Shown piece by piece: positions 14,910 to 23,374 of a stretch of DNA of 55,033 nt. The notes beneath the pieces are model-generated. The model did no database searches, was not told where the DNA came from, and was given only the letters and a program-made list of their open reading frames with translations. The position numbers were made by a program, and so were the translations under genes. Numbering within the stretch: position 1 is the stretch's first letter; every line of letters begins with the position of its first letter. The stretch spans positions 1 through 55,033 of the forward strand of contig CAZVUW010000009.1 of the NCBI GenBank assembly GCA_964629825.1, written 5' to 3'. This stretch comes from an uncultured Actinomycetota bacterium. Its GTDB lineage: Bacteria; Actinomycetota; Nitriliruptoria; Euzebyales; Egibacteraceae.

Positions 14910-16873
14910 GGCAGGATCCCGCGGAGCAGCTCGGCCCAGCGGGAGGCCTCGACCGCGGCGTCGAACCGGCGCGCCGTCTCCAGCCCCGCCTCCGCCAGGC
15001 GTCCGGCGAGCGCGCGATCCTCCAGCAACGTCAGGGCCGCGGCGGCCACGGCCTGCGGGTCCGTCGGCTCGGCGGTGAGGCAGTTCACGCCGTCCTCGGC
15101 GTACTCCGCGATTCCGCCGTGGGGGGTGAGCACCGCGGGGGTGCCGCAGGCCATCGCCTCGAGCCCCGGGCGGCCGAAGCCCTGCCAGGTCGAGGCGTCC
15201 ACCAGCACCGCGGCCGAGCTCAGCAGCTCCGCCACCTCCTCCTGCTGAAGGCGTCCGCGGTGGTCGTGCTCGAGCCCCTCGATGGGCGGAAAGCGGTGCC
15301 CGAAGAACGTCGGCAGAGCGTCGGGCCGCGCGGCCGTCACCAGTCGCAGCGCCGCGACCGTGCCGTCGAAGTTGCGGTGGGCCACCCCTGGCCGGGCGGC
15401 CGAGACGACCAGCGGGCGCGCCGGCGCCACCACCGCGCGCGGCCGGAAGACGTCGAGATCCAGGCCGAGGGGGATGCGGTGGACCTCTCCTCCGGCGGCG
15501 GCCTCGACCCGCTCGGCCAGCCAGCGGCTCTTGACCACCTTGTGCTCGATGGCGGACAGCGCGGCGGCCGCTGCGGCCTGCTCCTCGCTGCCGTCCTCCA
15601 GCTGGGCGAGCTCGTCGTCCTGGACGAAGGCCAGCGGCGTCGCGCGCCAGCGCTCCGCGAGCTCCAGCGCAAGCGGCCAGGTGTCCCAGCGGGTCCCGAC
15701 CACCACCCCCGCCGGCGGCAGGCCCTCGAGCAGCGCCGCGGTGGACCCGAAGGTCCGCAGAGGAGCGATCGAGAGCTCGTCCAGCGCCCAGCTGTCGGCG
15801 GGCGCATCGGCTGCGACGGCCGCCTGGAAGCCCGACAGGCACAGGCGATCCGCGATCTGCAGGACGGACAGGACCCCGCCGTAGGCGCCGAGCCCCGGCA
15901 GCAGGAACAGCGCCGACGCCACCCCCGGCCGAGGGGGCCTGCTCGGTGCCTCCGTGCGGCCCTGACGCCAGCGGGGCGGCTGCTCGGCGGTCGTTGTCGG
16001 TGCGGGGCGGCGCTGTCCCGAGCGGGTCCGCAGCAGCCGGGCGGCGGCCCTGCTGACCGGCGCCCTTCGCCGCAGCGGCCCGGCTCCGAGCAGGCGGTCC
16101 AGCGGCTCCCCCAGCCGCGCCAGCGCACCGCCCTCGTCGGGCGTGCGCGGCGGCGCCGGGGTGGCGTCGACGCTCCAGCGCAGGCTGCGAGCGACCTCGA
16201 ACGGCAGGTCGACGACGTCGCGCTCCAGCGCCTCGAGCGACTCGGTGGCGCGCTGCCAGGACCGCTGCAGCGGACGCGGAACGTGCACCCAGGTCGAGTC
16301 GTCGAGCACCGTCGGAACACGTCCGGCGGCCAGGCTCAGCTCGGGCCAGCCCGCGCTCTCCCAGCCGCCCGCTGCGGCGGCCAGAGCCTCCAGCGCCTCG
16401 ACCGTCCCGGCCACCACGGGCGAGTCCAGGCGCGTCAGCGGTGGCCGCAGGCGCTCGGCGCGACGCCGCACCAGGGCCGCGAGCTGCTCGGGCTCCCAGC
16501 CGTCGGGCAGCTCCAGGTGCAGCCGGCGGGAGGCGTCGCTGAGCGGCTGGGCCAACCCGGCGTCGGCGGCCTCGAGCAGGCTCTCGAACGCCTCGGCCGC
16601 CGGCGCGGCAGGCACGGCCAGCAGCAGCGCGGCCGAGCACTCCAGCGCCGACAGCCCGCGCGCCAGCGCGGCGCCGACGGGACCGTCCGGCGCGGGCAGC
16701 ACCTGCGCCTCGAGCTCGAGCTCGTACAGAACTCGGGCGGCCACTGCGGCGTCGGCCGGCGGCACCAGCACCGCCAGGTCGACGTCCTCGGCGCGCGGCC
16801 AGCGAGCGAGGCCGAAGCGCAGCAGCCGGAGGGAGCGCCCCGCCAGAACCACCGCTCCGATCCGGCCGACCAC
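14906..16873 (-). CDS. Glycosyltransferase family 4/1-like protein with ~330-aa N-terminal domain of unknown function
   Basis: GTG 16873 lies 6 nt after GGAGGGA. The C-terminal GT-B motifs are FFGHRFP..., LVDASTWQGFGRPGLEAMACGTPAVLTPHGGIAEY. I do not recognise the N-terminal half. Confidence 0.65.
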   Translation of the reverse strand: MVGRIGAVVLAGRSLRLLRFGLARWPRAEDVDLAVLVPPADAAVAARVLYELELEAQVLPAPDGPVGAALARGLSALECSAALLLAVPAAPAAEAFESLLEAADAGLAQPLSDASRRLHLELPDGWEPEQLAALVRRRAERLRPPLTRLDSPVVAGTVEALEALAAAAGGWESAGWPELSLAAGRVPTVLDDSTWVHVPRPLQRSWQRATESLEALERDVVDLPFEVARSLRWSVDATPAPPRTPDEGGALARLGEPLDRLLGAGPLRRRAPVSRAAARLLRTRSGQRRPAPTTTAEQPPRWRQGRTEAPSRPPRPGVASALFLLPGLGAYGGVLSVLQIADRLCLSGFQAAVAADAPADSWALDELSIAPLRTFGSTAALLEGLPPAGVVVGTRWDTWPLALELAERWRATPLAFVQDDELAQLEDGSEEQAAAAAALSAIEHKVVKSRWLAERVEAAAGGEVHRIPLGLDLDVFRPRAVVAPARPLVVSAARPGVAHRNFDGTVAALRLVTAARPDALPTFFGHRFPPIEGLEHDHRGRLQQEEVAELLSSAAVLVDASTWQGFGRPGLEAMACGTPAVLTPHGGIAEYAEDGVNCLTAEPTDPQAVAAAALTLLEDRALAGRLAEAGLETARRFDAAVEASRWAELLRGILP

Positions 16874-16934
16874 GTGTCCCTCCTCGCCCTCCCGCCGCAG
16901 GGGGGCTCCATATGCCTCGGGTAGCCTATTGCGG

Positions 16935-17900
16935 GTGCTGACCCCCACCGCCTCAGTCGCGACCGTGGTGCTCCACCACCGGCATCCGCAGGACACGATC
17001 CGCTGCGTCCGCTCGATCCGGCGCAGCACCTATCGCAACCAGCGCCTCATCGTCGTCCACAACGAGGCCGAACCGGCGGAGGCGACCCAGCTGCGCTCCG
17101 CGCTCGGCCCGGTCACGGTGATCGAGAGCGCCGAGAACCTCGGGTACGCCGGCGGCAACAACCTCGGCATCCGTTACGCGCTGGACCTGGGGGTCGACTT
17201 CGTCTGGCTGCTGAACCCGGACACCATAGTGGAGCCGGGCACGCTGGAGCGGCTGGTCGAGACCGCCGCGGAGCACCCCGAGGCGGGGCTGCTGGGCGGC
17301 CTGGCGCGCTACCACGGCCGCAGGCCACCGACCGTGTGGTGCAACGGCGGCGCCGTCGACTGGAGCCGCGGCGGGGCGACCTGGCACATCGACGACGGCC
17401 GTCCGGTTCGCAGCGCTCGGACGGACGGCCCCTTCCCCGCCGACTACGTGAGCGGCGCCTGCATGCTCGTGCGGCGAGAGGTTTTCGGCGACATCGGCCT
17501 GCTGCCGGAGCACTACTTCCTGTACTTCGAGGAGACCCACTTCGCGGCCAGCGCACGCGCGGCCGGGTGGGAGGTCCTCCAGGAGCCGCGGGCCCAGCTC
17601 GACCACGACAAGCGCTCGACCGGCCGCCTCCCGGCGCCCTACTACGTCTACTACTTCGTGAGGAACCGCTTGAGCTTCGCCCGCGACGTCGGCGGCGTCG
17701 AGCCGGCCGTGATCGAGGACGACCTTCAGGGCTGGATCTCGGCCTGGCGCAAGAAGGTCTCCGAGCGCGAGCCCGCCTGGCTGCCCGTCTACGAGCGGCT
17801 GGTCGCGGCCGCCCTCGCCGACGGGCGCGCGGGGGTGACCGGGCGGCGCGACGACCTCGACGCCCTGGTCGCCGGGGAGGTGCAGGTCAGCGGTGCCTGA
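16935..17900 (+). CDS. Glycosyltransferase family 2 (rhamnosyltransferase-like)
   Basis: Motifs seen: ATVVLHHRHPQDTIRCVRSI, IVVHNEAEP, ENLGYAGGNNLGIRYAL, LLNPDT and YFLYFEETHF. The start is set at GTG 16935 with no SD, so it may be leaderless. Confidence 0.75.
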   Translation: MLTPTASVATVVLHHRHPQDTIRCVRSIRRSTYRNQRLIVVHNEAEPAEATQLRSALGPVTVIESAENLGYAGGNNLGIRYALDLGVDFVWLLNPDTIVEPGTLERLVETAAEHPEAGLLGGLARYHGRRPPTVWCNGGAVDWSRGGATWHIDDGRPVRSARTDGPFPADYVSGACMLVRREVFGDIGLLPEHYFLYFEETHFAASARAAGWEVLQEPRAQLDHDKRSTGRLPAPYYVYYFVRNRLSFARDVGGVEPAVIEDDLQGWISAWRKKVSEREPAWLPVYERLVAAALADGRAGVTGRRDDLDALVAGEVQVSGA

Positions 17901-20313
17901 GCCAGCCCCCCACGAGGAGGCAGGGCTCGCCGAGGTCCCACCCGAGGAGCTTCGGGCCGAGCTGGAAGCCACCATCACCGGCCTGCAGGCGCAGCTCGAC
18001 CGCACGCGCCGCGAGCGCGACGCCCTGAAGCGGGAGCTCGACGAGGCCAACCGCCGCCTCGACGCGGTCTACGCGACCAAGACCTGGCGCCTGGGCAGGG
18101 CGCTGATGTACCCCGGCTACCGGCTCAAGCAGGAGCTGCAGCGCAGCGAGCGGGCGCGCGCGCTGATCCGGCGCCTGCGCGGCCAGGCGAGCCCGACCGG
18201 GTCGCCGCGGAACGCGGACCGGCCCCCGCCGGACATCGCTGTCACACCTCGCACCCGGCAGGAGGCCGCCTACAAGGCCGCGCTCCAGCGGGACCGCTTC
18301 AGCCCCGGCGCCGGCCGGATCGTCATGGCCGTGTCCTCGCGGCACCTCGAGGAGGGTCGTGGCGACCTGTACACCGCCATCGGCCTGGGCCTGCGCCTGG
18401 AAGAGCTGGGCTACGAGGTCATGTACCGCGAGCCGGACGACTGGTACGACCTGCCCGAGCACACCGACCTCGTGATGGCGCTGGTCGCCGAGCGCACCGC
18501 CACCTTCGACCCGGCGCTGCTGCCCCGGCCGGTGCGCACCATCGCCTGGGTCCGCAACCAGACCAGGCGCTGGACCGAGCTGCCGACCTTCGCGCTGTTC
18601 GACGCGGTGGCGTGCTCCTCCACGCCGTCGCTGCGCGCCGTCCGACGCGTCCACCCCGGTCCGCACCTGCTGCTGCCCATCGGCGTGGACGAGGAGCTGT
18701 TCGCCCCCGCCGGCGAGGAGCGCTCCGCGACCCTGGCGACCACGGTGAACTCCTGGAGCCGGGAGCGCGCGCTGCACCGAACCCTGGTCGAGGCGCGGCT
18801 CGACGCCCCCCTGGCGATGTTCGGGCGCGACGACGGGCTGCCCGAGGCGCTGCGCCGCTCCGCCCTCGGCCCCGTCAGCTTCTTCGCCCTGCCGTCGGTG
18901 TACTCGAGCGTCGCGCTGGTGCTGGACGACGTCCAGGACGTCAACCGCACCTACGGCAACCTCAACTCGCGCATCTACGAGTCGCTGGCCTGCGGGGCGC
19001 TGCCGATCACCAACAGCGCCTCCGGCCTGGCCGAGGCAGGCCTTGAGGGCGTCCCGGTCGCCGCGGGCGCGGCGGAGCTGCGCGAGGTGGTCGAGCGCAT
19101 GCTGGCCGACCCCTCGGCCCGCGCCGCCGAGGTCGAGTCGCTGCGCCGCGTGGTGCTGGACCGCCACACCTACCGGCACCGTGCCCGGACGCTGGACGCC
19201 TTCCTGCGCGAGCAGCTGGCGAGCGCCGAGCGGCCCGCCACGGTCGCGTTCGCGCCCGACTACCGGGTGACCAACCCCTTCCAGTCGCTGCTGGCGGCGC
19301 GGCTCCCCGAGCACGGCGTGCGGGCGGTGCCGACGGACAGCCCGATGGCGCTGGTCCGGTCGGGCGCCGTGGACCCCAGCCGGCTTGTGTACCACCGCCA
19401 CTGGACGGCGACGATCCTCGGCCCGGCGACCTCCCGCCGCGACGCCCAGCGCCGCTGCGGGGCCTACCTGGCCGAGCTGGACGAGCTGAAGGCCGCCGGA
19501 GGCCGGATCGTCTGGACGGTCCACAACATCCTGCCGCACGAGTGCGCCTACCCGGACGTCGAGAAGGCGCTGCGCCAGGGGCTGGCCGACCGCGCCGACG
19601 TCCTGCACGTGATGTGCCCGGACACGCCCGAGCTGCTCCGCGACGTCGCCGTGCTGCCGCCGGAGCGGGTGCGCGTCCTGCCGCACGGCAGCTACGTGGA
19701 CGTCTACCCGAACATCGTCGACCCGCGTCAGGCGCGGCTGGAGCTGGGGCTCGACCTCGACGACCTGGTGCTGCTGAGCCTGGGCGGCATCCGCCCCTAC
19801 CGCGGCATCGACGTGCTGCTCGACGCCTTCTCCGAGGCGCTGCGCGACGAGCCGCGCCTGCGGCTGGTCGTCGCCGGCCGGCCCGGCCGGCACCCGTCCG
19901 TGCCCGAGCTGGAGCGCCGCTGCCGCGAGCATCCGCGCATCGTCGGGCACTTCGAGGAGGTGCCGGACGAGGATCTGCAGCTCTACTTCAACGCCGCCGA
20001 CGTCGCGGTGTTCTCCCACCGCGCGGTGCTGAACTCGGGTGGGGTGCTGCTCGCCTGGTCCTTCGGCCGCCCCGTCATCGCCCCGGCCGCGGGCTGCCTG
20101 ACCAGCCAGGTCACCGAGGACGGGGGCATCCTCTACCCCCCGGACCGGCCGGATGGACTGGCCGACGCACTGCGCCGTGCGGGGACGCTGGCCACTCCGG
20201 CGGCGCGGCAGGCAGCCTTCGAGCGCGCGGCCTCCCACACGCACCTGGATATGGCGGACGGCTACGCCGACATCGTCAGCGAGCTGCTCCAGTCGGCTCG
20301 AACCCTCTCCTGA
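17893..20313 (+). CDS. Two-module GT-B glycosyltransferase with N-terminal coiled coil
   Basis: The coiled coil is LRAELEATITGLQAQLDRTRRERDALKRELDEANRRL, followed by TWRLGRAL. The first module is CgeB/GT1-like (NLNSRIYESLACGALPITN). The second is GT4-like (LLSLGGIRPYRGIDVLLDAF, RLVVAGRPG, NSGGVLLAWSFGRPVIAPAAG). Confidence 0.65.
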   Translation: MPEPAPHEEAGLAEVPPEELRAELEATITGLQAQLDRTRRERDALKRELDEANRRLDAVYATKTWRLGRALMYPGYRLKQELQRSERARALIRRLRGQASPTGSPRNADRPPPDIAVTPRTRQEAAYKAALQRDRFSPGAGRIVMAVSSRHLEEGRGDLYTAIGLGLRLEELGYEVMYREPDDWYDLPEHTDLVMALVAERTATFDPALLPRPVRTIAWVRNQTRRWTELPTFALFDAVACSSTPSLRAVRRVHPGPHLLLPIGVDEELFAPAGEERSATLATTVNSWSRERALHRTLVEARLDAPLAMFGRDDGLPEALRRSALGPVSFFALPSVYSSVALVLDDVQDVNRTYGNLNSRIYESLACGALPITNSASGLAEAGLEGVPVAAGAAELREVVERMLADPSARAAEVESLRRVVLDRHTYRHRARTLDAFLREQLASAERPATVAFAPDYRVTNPFQSLLAARLPEHGVRAVPTDSPMALVRSGAVDPSRLVYHRHWTATILGPATSRRDAQRRCGAYLAELDELKAAGGRIVWTVHNILPHECAYPDVEKALRQGLADRADVLHVMCPDTPELLRDVAVLPPERVRVLPHGSYVDVYPNIVDPRQARLELGLDLDDLVLLSLGGIRPYRGIDVLLDAFSEALRDEPRLRLVVAGRPGRHPSVPELERRCREHPRIVGHFEEVPDEDLQLYFNAADVAVFSHRAVLNSGGVLLAWSFGRPVIAPAAGCLTSQVTEDGGILYPPDRPDGLADALRRAGTLATPAARQAAFERAASHTHLDMADGYADIVSELLQSARTLS

Positions 20314-22297
20314 AGCTGATGTAGTCAGCCGAAAGGTCCTGCGACCTGTCCACGGCGTTCGCAGCGGCCCGCAGCTGAGGAAGCATCTCCGGCAAGCGCT
20401 CCAGCGCCTCTGCCAGAGCAGACGCCGACCCAGGCGGCACATAGAGCGCCGCATCGCCGAACAGGTCGCGGAGTCCTGGCAGGTCGCTCGCCACGGCGGG
20501 CAGCCCCCTGGAGGCCGCCAACGCCCCTGCTCCCGAATGGTCGATGGCGCGGTACGGCAAGACGGCGGCGTCGGCCAGGTCCAGGCAATCGAGCAGCTCG
20601 CCATGCTCCAGGTAGCCCTCGATCAGGCGCACCCGCTCGGCCGCCCCGGCCTCGGCGGCCGCACCCACCACGTCCCAGCCGTGGCTCTGTCCCGCCAGCA
20701 CGACGTGAACAGGGCTGGCGGCGGGCAGCCGCCCGAGGGCCTGCAGGAGCACGTCGATGCCCTTGTACCCGCGGAGGTTGCCGATCGCCACGAGCACGAG
20801 GTCGTCCGGGCCCAGCCTGAGGGAGTGGCGGGTGTGCCTGCCGGCGGGCCTAACCCTGTCCCCGGCCGGCGGGGGGAACGGCAGCCGCGTCGTGGGCAGG
20901 CCGTGACCGCGCGCCCACTCCTGCATAGCCGCGGTGTGTACGACGACGTGGTCGCAGGCCCGCGCAGCGGCGACCACCCCAGGCTCTCGGTGGGGGTGCT
21001 CGTGCGGGCTGCGGTTGTGCACGGTGGCGATCACCCTGCAGCCTGACTGATGGAGTGACGCCACGAGCAGCCGCTCCCAGCCCGGTCTGAACCCGAGCTG
21101 GACCCAGGCCGTGTCACCTCGAGCTGGGCGTCGTCGAGCGCGAGCCAACCCGACTGCAGCGGCGATGAGCCGATCAAGGGGTGCGGGCCCCCTGCGCGGA
21201 AACCAGCGCTCCAGCTGCTCTCCTGCCGAGGAGGATGCGCCGTCCCCGCCTGCGACGACGACCGTTCCCGCGCCGCTCAGCAGACCAGCCACGTCGCGCG
21301 CGTACTGGGCGACGCCGCCGCGTCCGAACGGCTCGATCACCCACCACGTCCCCGCGCTGACGGGTGGAGCGGCGGAGCGCGGCAGACGTGTGCGCCACGC
21401 GCCGCTCAGCCAGGCTGAGTGCTGACCGCGACGCCGAGCCGCCGTCTGATCCCCTCCAAGCGCCTGCAGGGCACGGATGGCCCACCGGGCCAGCTGCCCC
21501 AGGCTGAGGAGCACCAGCGCAGCGCGCCCTCGGGACTGCCCCAGATGCTTGAGGAGGAACCGCCGCGTCGAGCGCCCCATGTGCGTGGCCCGACGCGGAT
21601 CATGGAGCCCGAGCGCGGTCGATCGAAGGTGCTCGATCTCGGAGCCGGGCACAAGCACCGTGCGATGCCCCAGGGCTCGGGCGCGCAGCTGCCAGTCGAT
21701 CTCCTCCCAGTAGAGGAAGTACCCCTCGTCAAATGGACCGACCTCCCTCCAGACAGCCCTTGGGACCAGGAGGCACACGCCGCTGAGCAGGGGCGCATCG
21801 ACCTCGCTCTCGTAGCTCTGCCAGCGGCTCCAGAGCCGCTGCGGCCAACCCCCCGGAGCTGCACGCTCCGGGATGAGCACCTCCTCGCCGAGGAGCGAGC
21901 CGAAGGTGGGAAGCGATCTGCGGGTCGGCAGCAGGCGACCATCCCCGTCGCGTACCGCCGGTCCGAGCACGGCACCCGGGTGGCGCTTAGATGCAGCTCG
22001 CAGCGCCCCGAGCGCCCCCGGCCGCAGACGAACATCGGGGTTGACGATCAGCAGCAGGTGACCGGTCGCGGCAGCCAGCCCCGCGTTGACGCCTGCTGCG
22101 AACCCGCGATTCTCGGGCAGGCTGACCACGCGGACTGTGGGGAGGGTCGCGCGGGCCACATCGGCGCTGTCGTCAGGCGAGGCGTTGTCGACGACGACCA
22201 CCTCGTCGACGCCCTGCTGATCGAGCGCCCGCAGAAGGTCCGGCAGATGGTCGGCAGAGCGGAACGCGACCACGACCGCTGTGATGGTCGGGTTCAT
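20276..22297 (-). CDS. Bifunctional GT2 + GT4 glycosyltransferase
   Basis: The N-terminal GT2 motifs are TAVVVAFRSADHL, VVVVDNASPDDS, ENRGFAAGVNAG, IVNPDV and YFLYWEEIDW. The C-terminal GT4 motifs are LVAIGNLRGYKGIDVLLQAL and HSGAGALAASRGLPAVASD. The 3' end overlaps the convergent gene by 38 nt. Confidence 0.7.
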   Translation of the reverse strand: MNPTITAVVVAFRSADHLPDLLRALDQQGVDEVVVVDNASPDDSADVARATLPTVRVVSLPENRGFAAGVNAGLAAATGHLLLIVNPDVRLRPGALGALRAASKRHPGAVLGPAVRDGDGRLLPTRRSLPTFGSLLGEEVLIPERAAPGGWPQRLWSRWQSYESEVDAPLLSGVCLLVPRAVWREVGPFDEGYFLYWEEIDWQLRARALGHRTVLVPGSEIEHLRSTALGLHDPRRATHMGRSTRRFLLKHLGQSRGRAALVLLSLGQLARWAIRALQALGGDQTAARRRGQHSAWLSGAWRTRLPRSAAPPVSAGTWWVIEPFGRGGVAQYARDVAGLLSGAGTVVVAGGDGASSSAGEQLERWFPRRGPAPLDRLIAAAVGLARARRRPARGDTAWVQLGFRPGWERLLVASLHQSGCRVIATVHNRSPHEHPHREPGVVAAARACDHVVVHTAAMQEWARGHGLPTTRLPFPPPAGDRVRPAGRHTRHSLRLGPDDLVLVAIGNLRGYKGIDVLLQALGRLPAASPVHVVLAGQSHGWDVVGAAAEAGAAERVRLIEGYLEHGELLDCLDLADAAVLPYRAIDHSGAGALAASRGLPAVASDLPGLRDLFGDAALYVPPGSASALAEALERLPEMLPQLRAAANAVDRSQDLSADYISFRRGFEPTGAAR

Positions 22298-22491
22298 CGC
22301 GGGCGATCGTAGTCGGTCGATCGCGACGACAGGTGGCCGACGCGCCCGACCCGCCGTCCCCGGCCGAGGGGTCAGGCTGGCCTCGGACGCTCACGTGTAC
22401 GCTTTGCGCGGGCTCGACGCGGACAACGCGGGCGCGCCACACCCGACTTCCCAGGTGAGAATGCTGCGCTTCGATCACGCCGCGCTGTCGC

Positions 22492-22515
22492 CAGCCCTCC
22501 GGATGCGGAGGGCTG
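22492..22515 (+). promoter_or_regulatory. 10-bp stem / GATG loop hairpin whose 3' arm contains the Shine-Dalgarno of the ABC permease gene
   Basis: CAGCCCTCCG GATG CGGAGGGCTG ends 4 nt before GTG 22520. GGAGGG is the only SD-like element. Confidence 0.45.
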
Positions 22516-22519
22516 CGCG

Positions 22520-23374
22520 GTGACCGCGGCGGAGCACGGCGCTCCGCCGGGTCGGCAGGGGGAGCTCTTCCAGCTGGGCGTGAAGCCGTCCTTGAGGAAC
22601 TATCTCCGCCAGATCTGGTCACGCCGGGATTTCACGATCACCGTGCCCCTGGGTGACCTGCGAGCCCAGCACCGCAACACCTTGCTCGGCAGCATCTGGC
22701 ACCTGTTCAACCCGCTGCTGCTGGGCGCCGTGTACTTCCTCATCTTCGGCGTGATCTTCAACCAGGCCGGGGCGATCGAGAACTACGTCACGTTCCTGCT
22801 CATCGGCCTGTTCATCTTCCAGTTCACGTCGAAGGCCATGAGCACCGGTGCGCGAACGGTCATCTCGAACATGGCTCTCATCCAGAGCCTGACGTTCCCC
22901 AGGGCGGTCCTGCCGATCTCGGCGGTCATCGGGGAGACCCTTGCGTTCCTCCCGTCCGTCGCCGTCATGGCGATCGCCGCGGTCGTGACGGGCGAGCCCG
23001 TCAGCATCACATGGCTGCTCGTCCTGCCCGCCCTAGGGCTCCAGGCCCTGTTCAACCTCGGCATAACGTTCTTCACAGCGCGGATGACGTTCCACTTCCG
23101 CGACACGCTTGAGATCCTGCCCTACATCACCCGCTTGTGGATGTACCTGTCCGGCGTCTTCTACACCGTGGACCGCATTCCCGAGGGCCCGCTGCGGACA
23201 GCCTTTGAGCTGAACCCGCTCCATGCCTACATCTCGATGATCCGCAGCCTCTTCATGGACGCCGCGATCCCGGAACGGCATTGGGCCATCGGGGCGGCGT
23301 GGGCGCTCGGTCTCGCGCTGGCCGGGTTCCTGTTCTTCCGAGCACGTGAAAGCGACTATGGGCGCGGCTACTGA
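22520..23374 (+). CDS. wzm: Polysaccharide/O-antigen/teichoic-acid type ABC-2 exporter permease (Wzm/TagG family)
   Basis: LRNYLRQIWSRRDFTITVPLGDLRAQHRNTLLGSIWHLFNPLL is the characteristic N-terminal region. It has six TM segments and sits directly upstream of the Wzt-type ATPase. Confidence 0.8.
   Translation: MTAAEHGAPPGRQGELFQLGVKPSLRNYLRQIWSRRDFTITVPLGDLRAQHRNTLLGSIWHLFNPLLLGAVYFLIFGVIFNQAGAIENYVTFLLIGLFIFQFTSKAMSTGARTVISNMALIQSLTFPRAVLPISAVIGETLAFLPSVAVMAIAAVVTGEPVSITWLLVLPALGLQALFNLGITFFTARMTFHFRDTLEILPYITRLWMYLSGVFYTVDRIPEGPLRTAFELNPLHAYISMIRSLFMDAAIPERHWAIGAAWALGLALAGFLFFRARESDYGRGY

Noticed and set aside
13464-16640. 1,058-aa track ORF that suggests a giant sugar transferase
   Set aside because: Only the last 481 codons carry sugar-transferase motifs. 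The upstream part is Arg/Ala/Gly-rich nonsense that overlaps the GT4 gene in another frame. A GTG at 14909 overlaps that gene's stop (GTGA), so I trimmed the ORF there.
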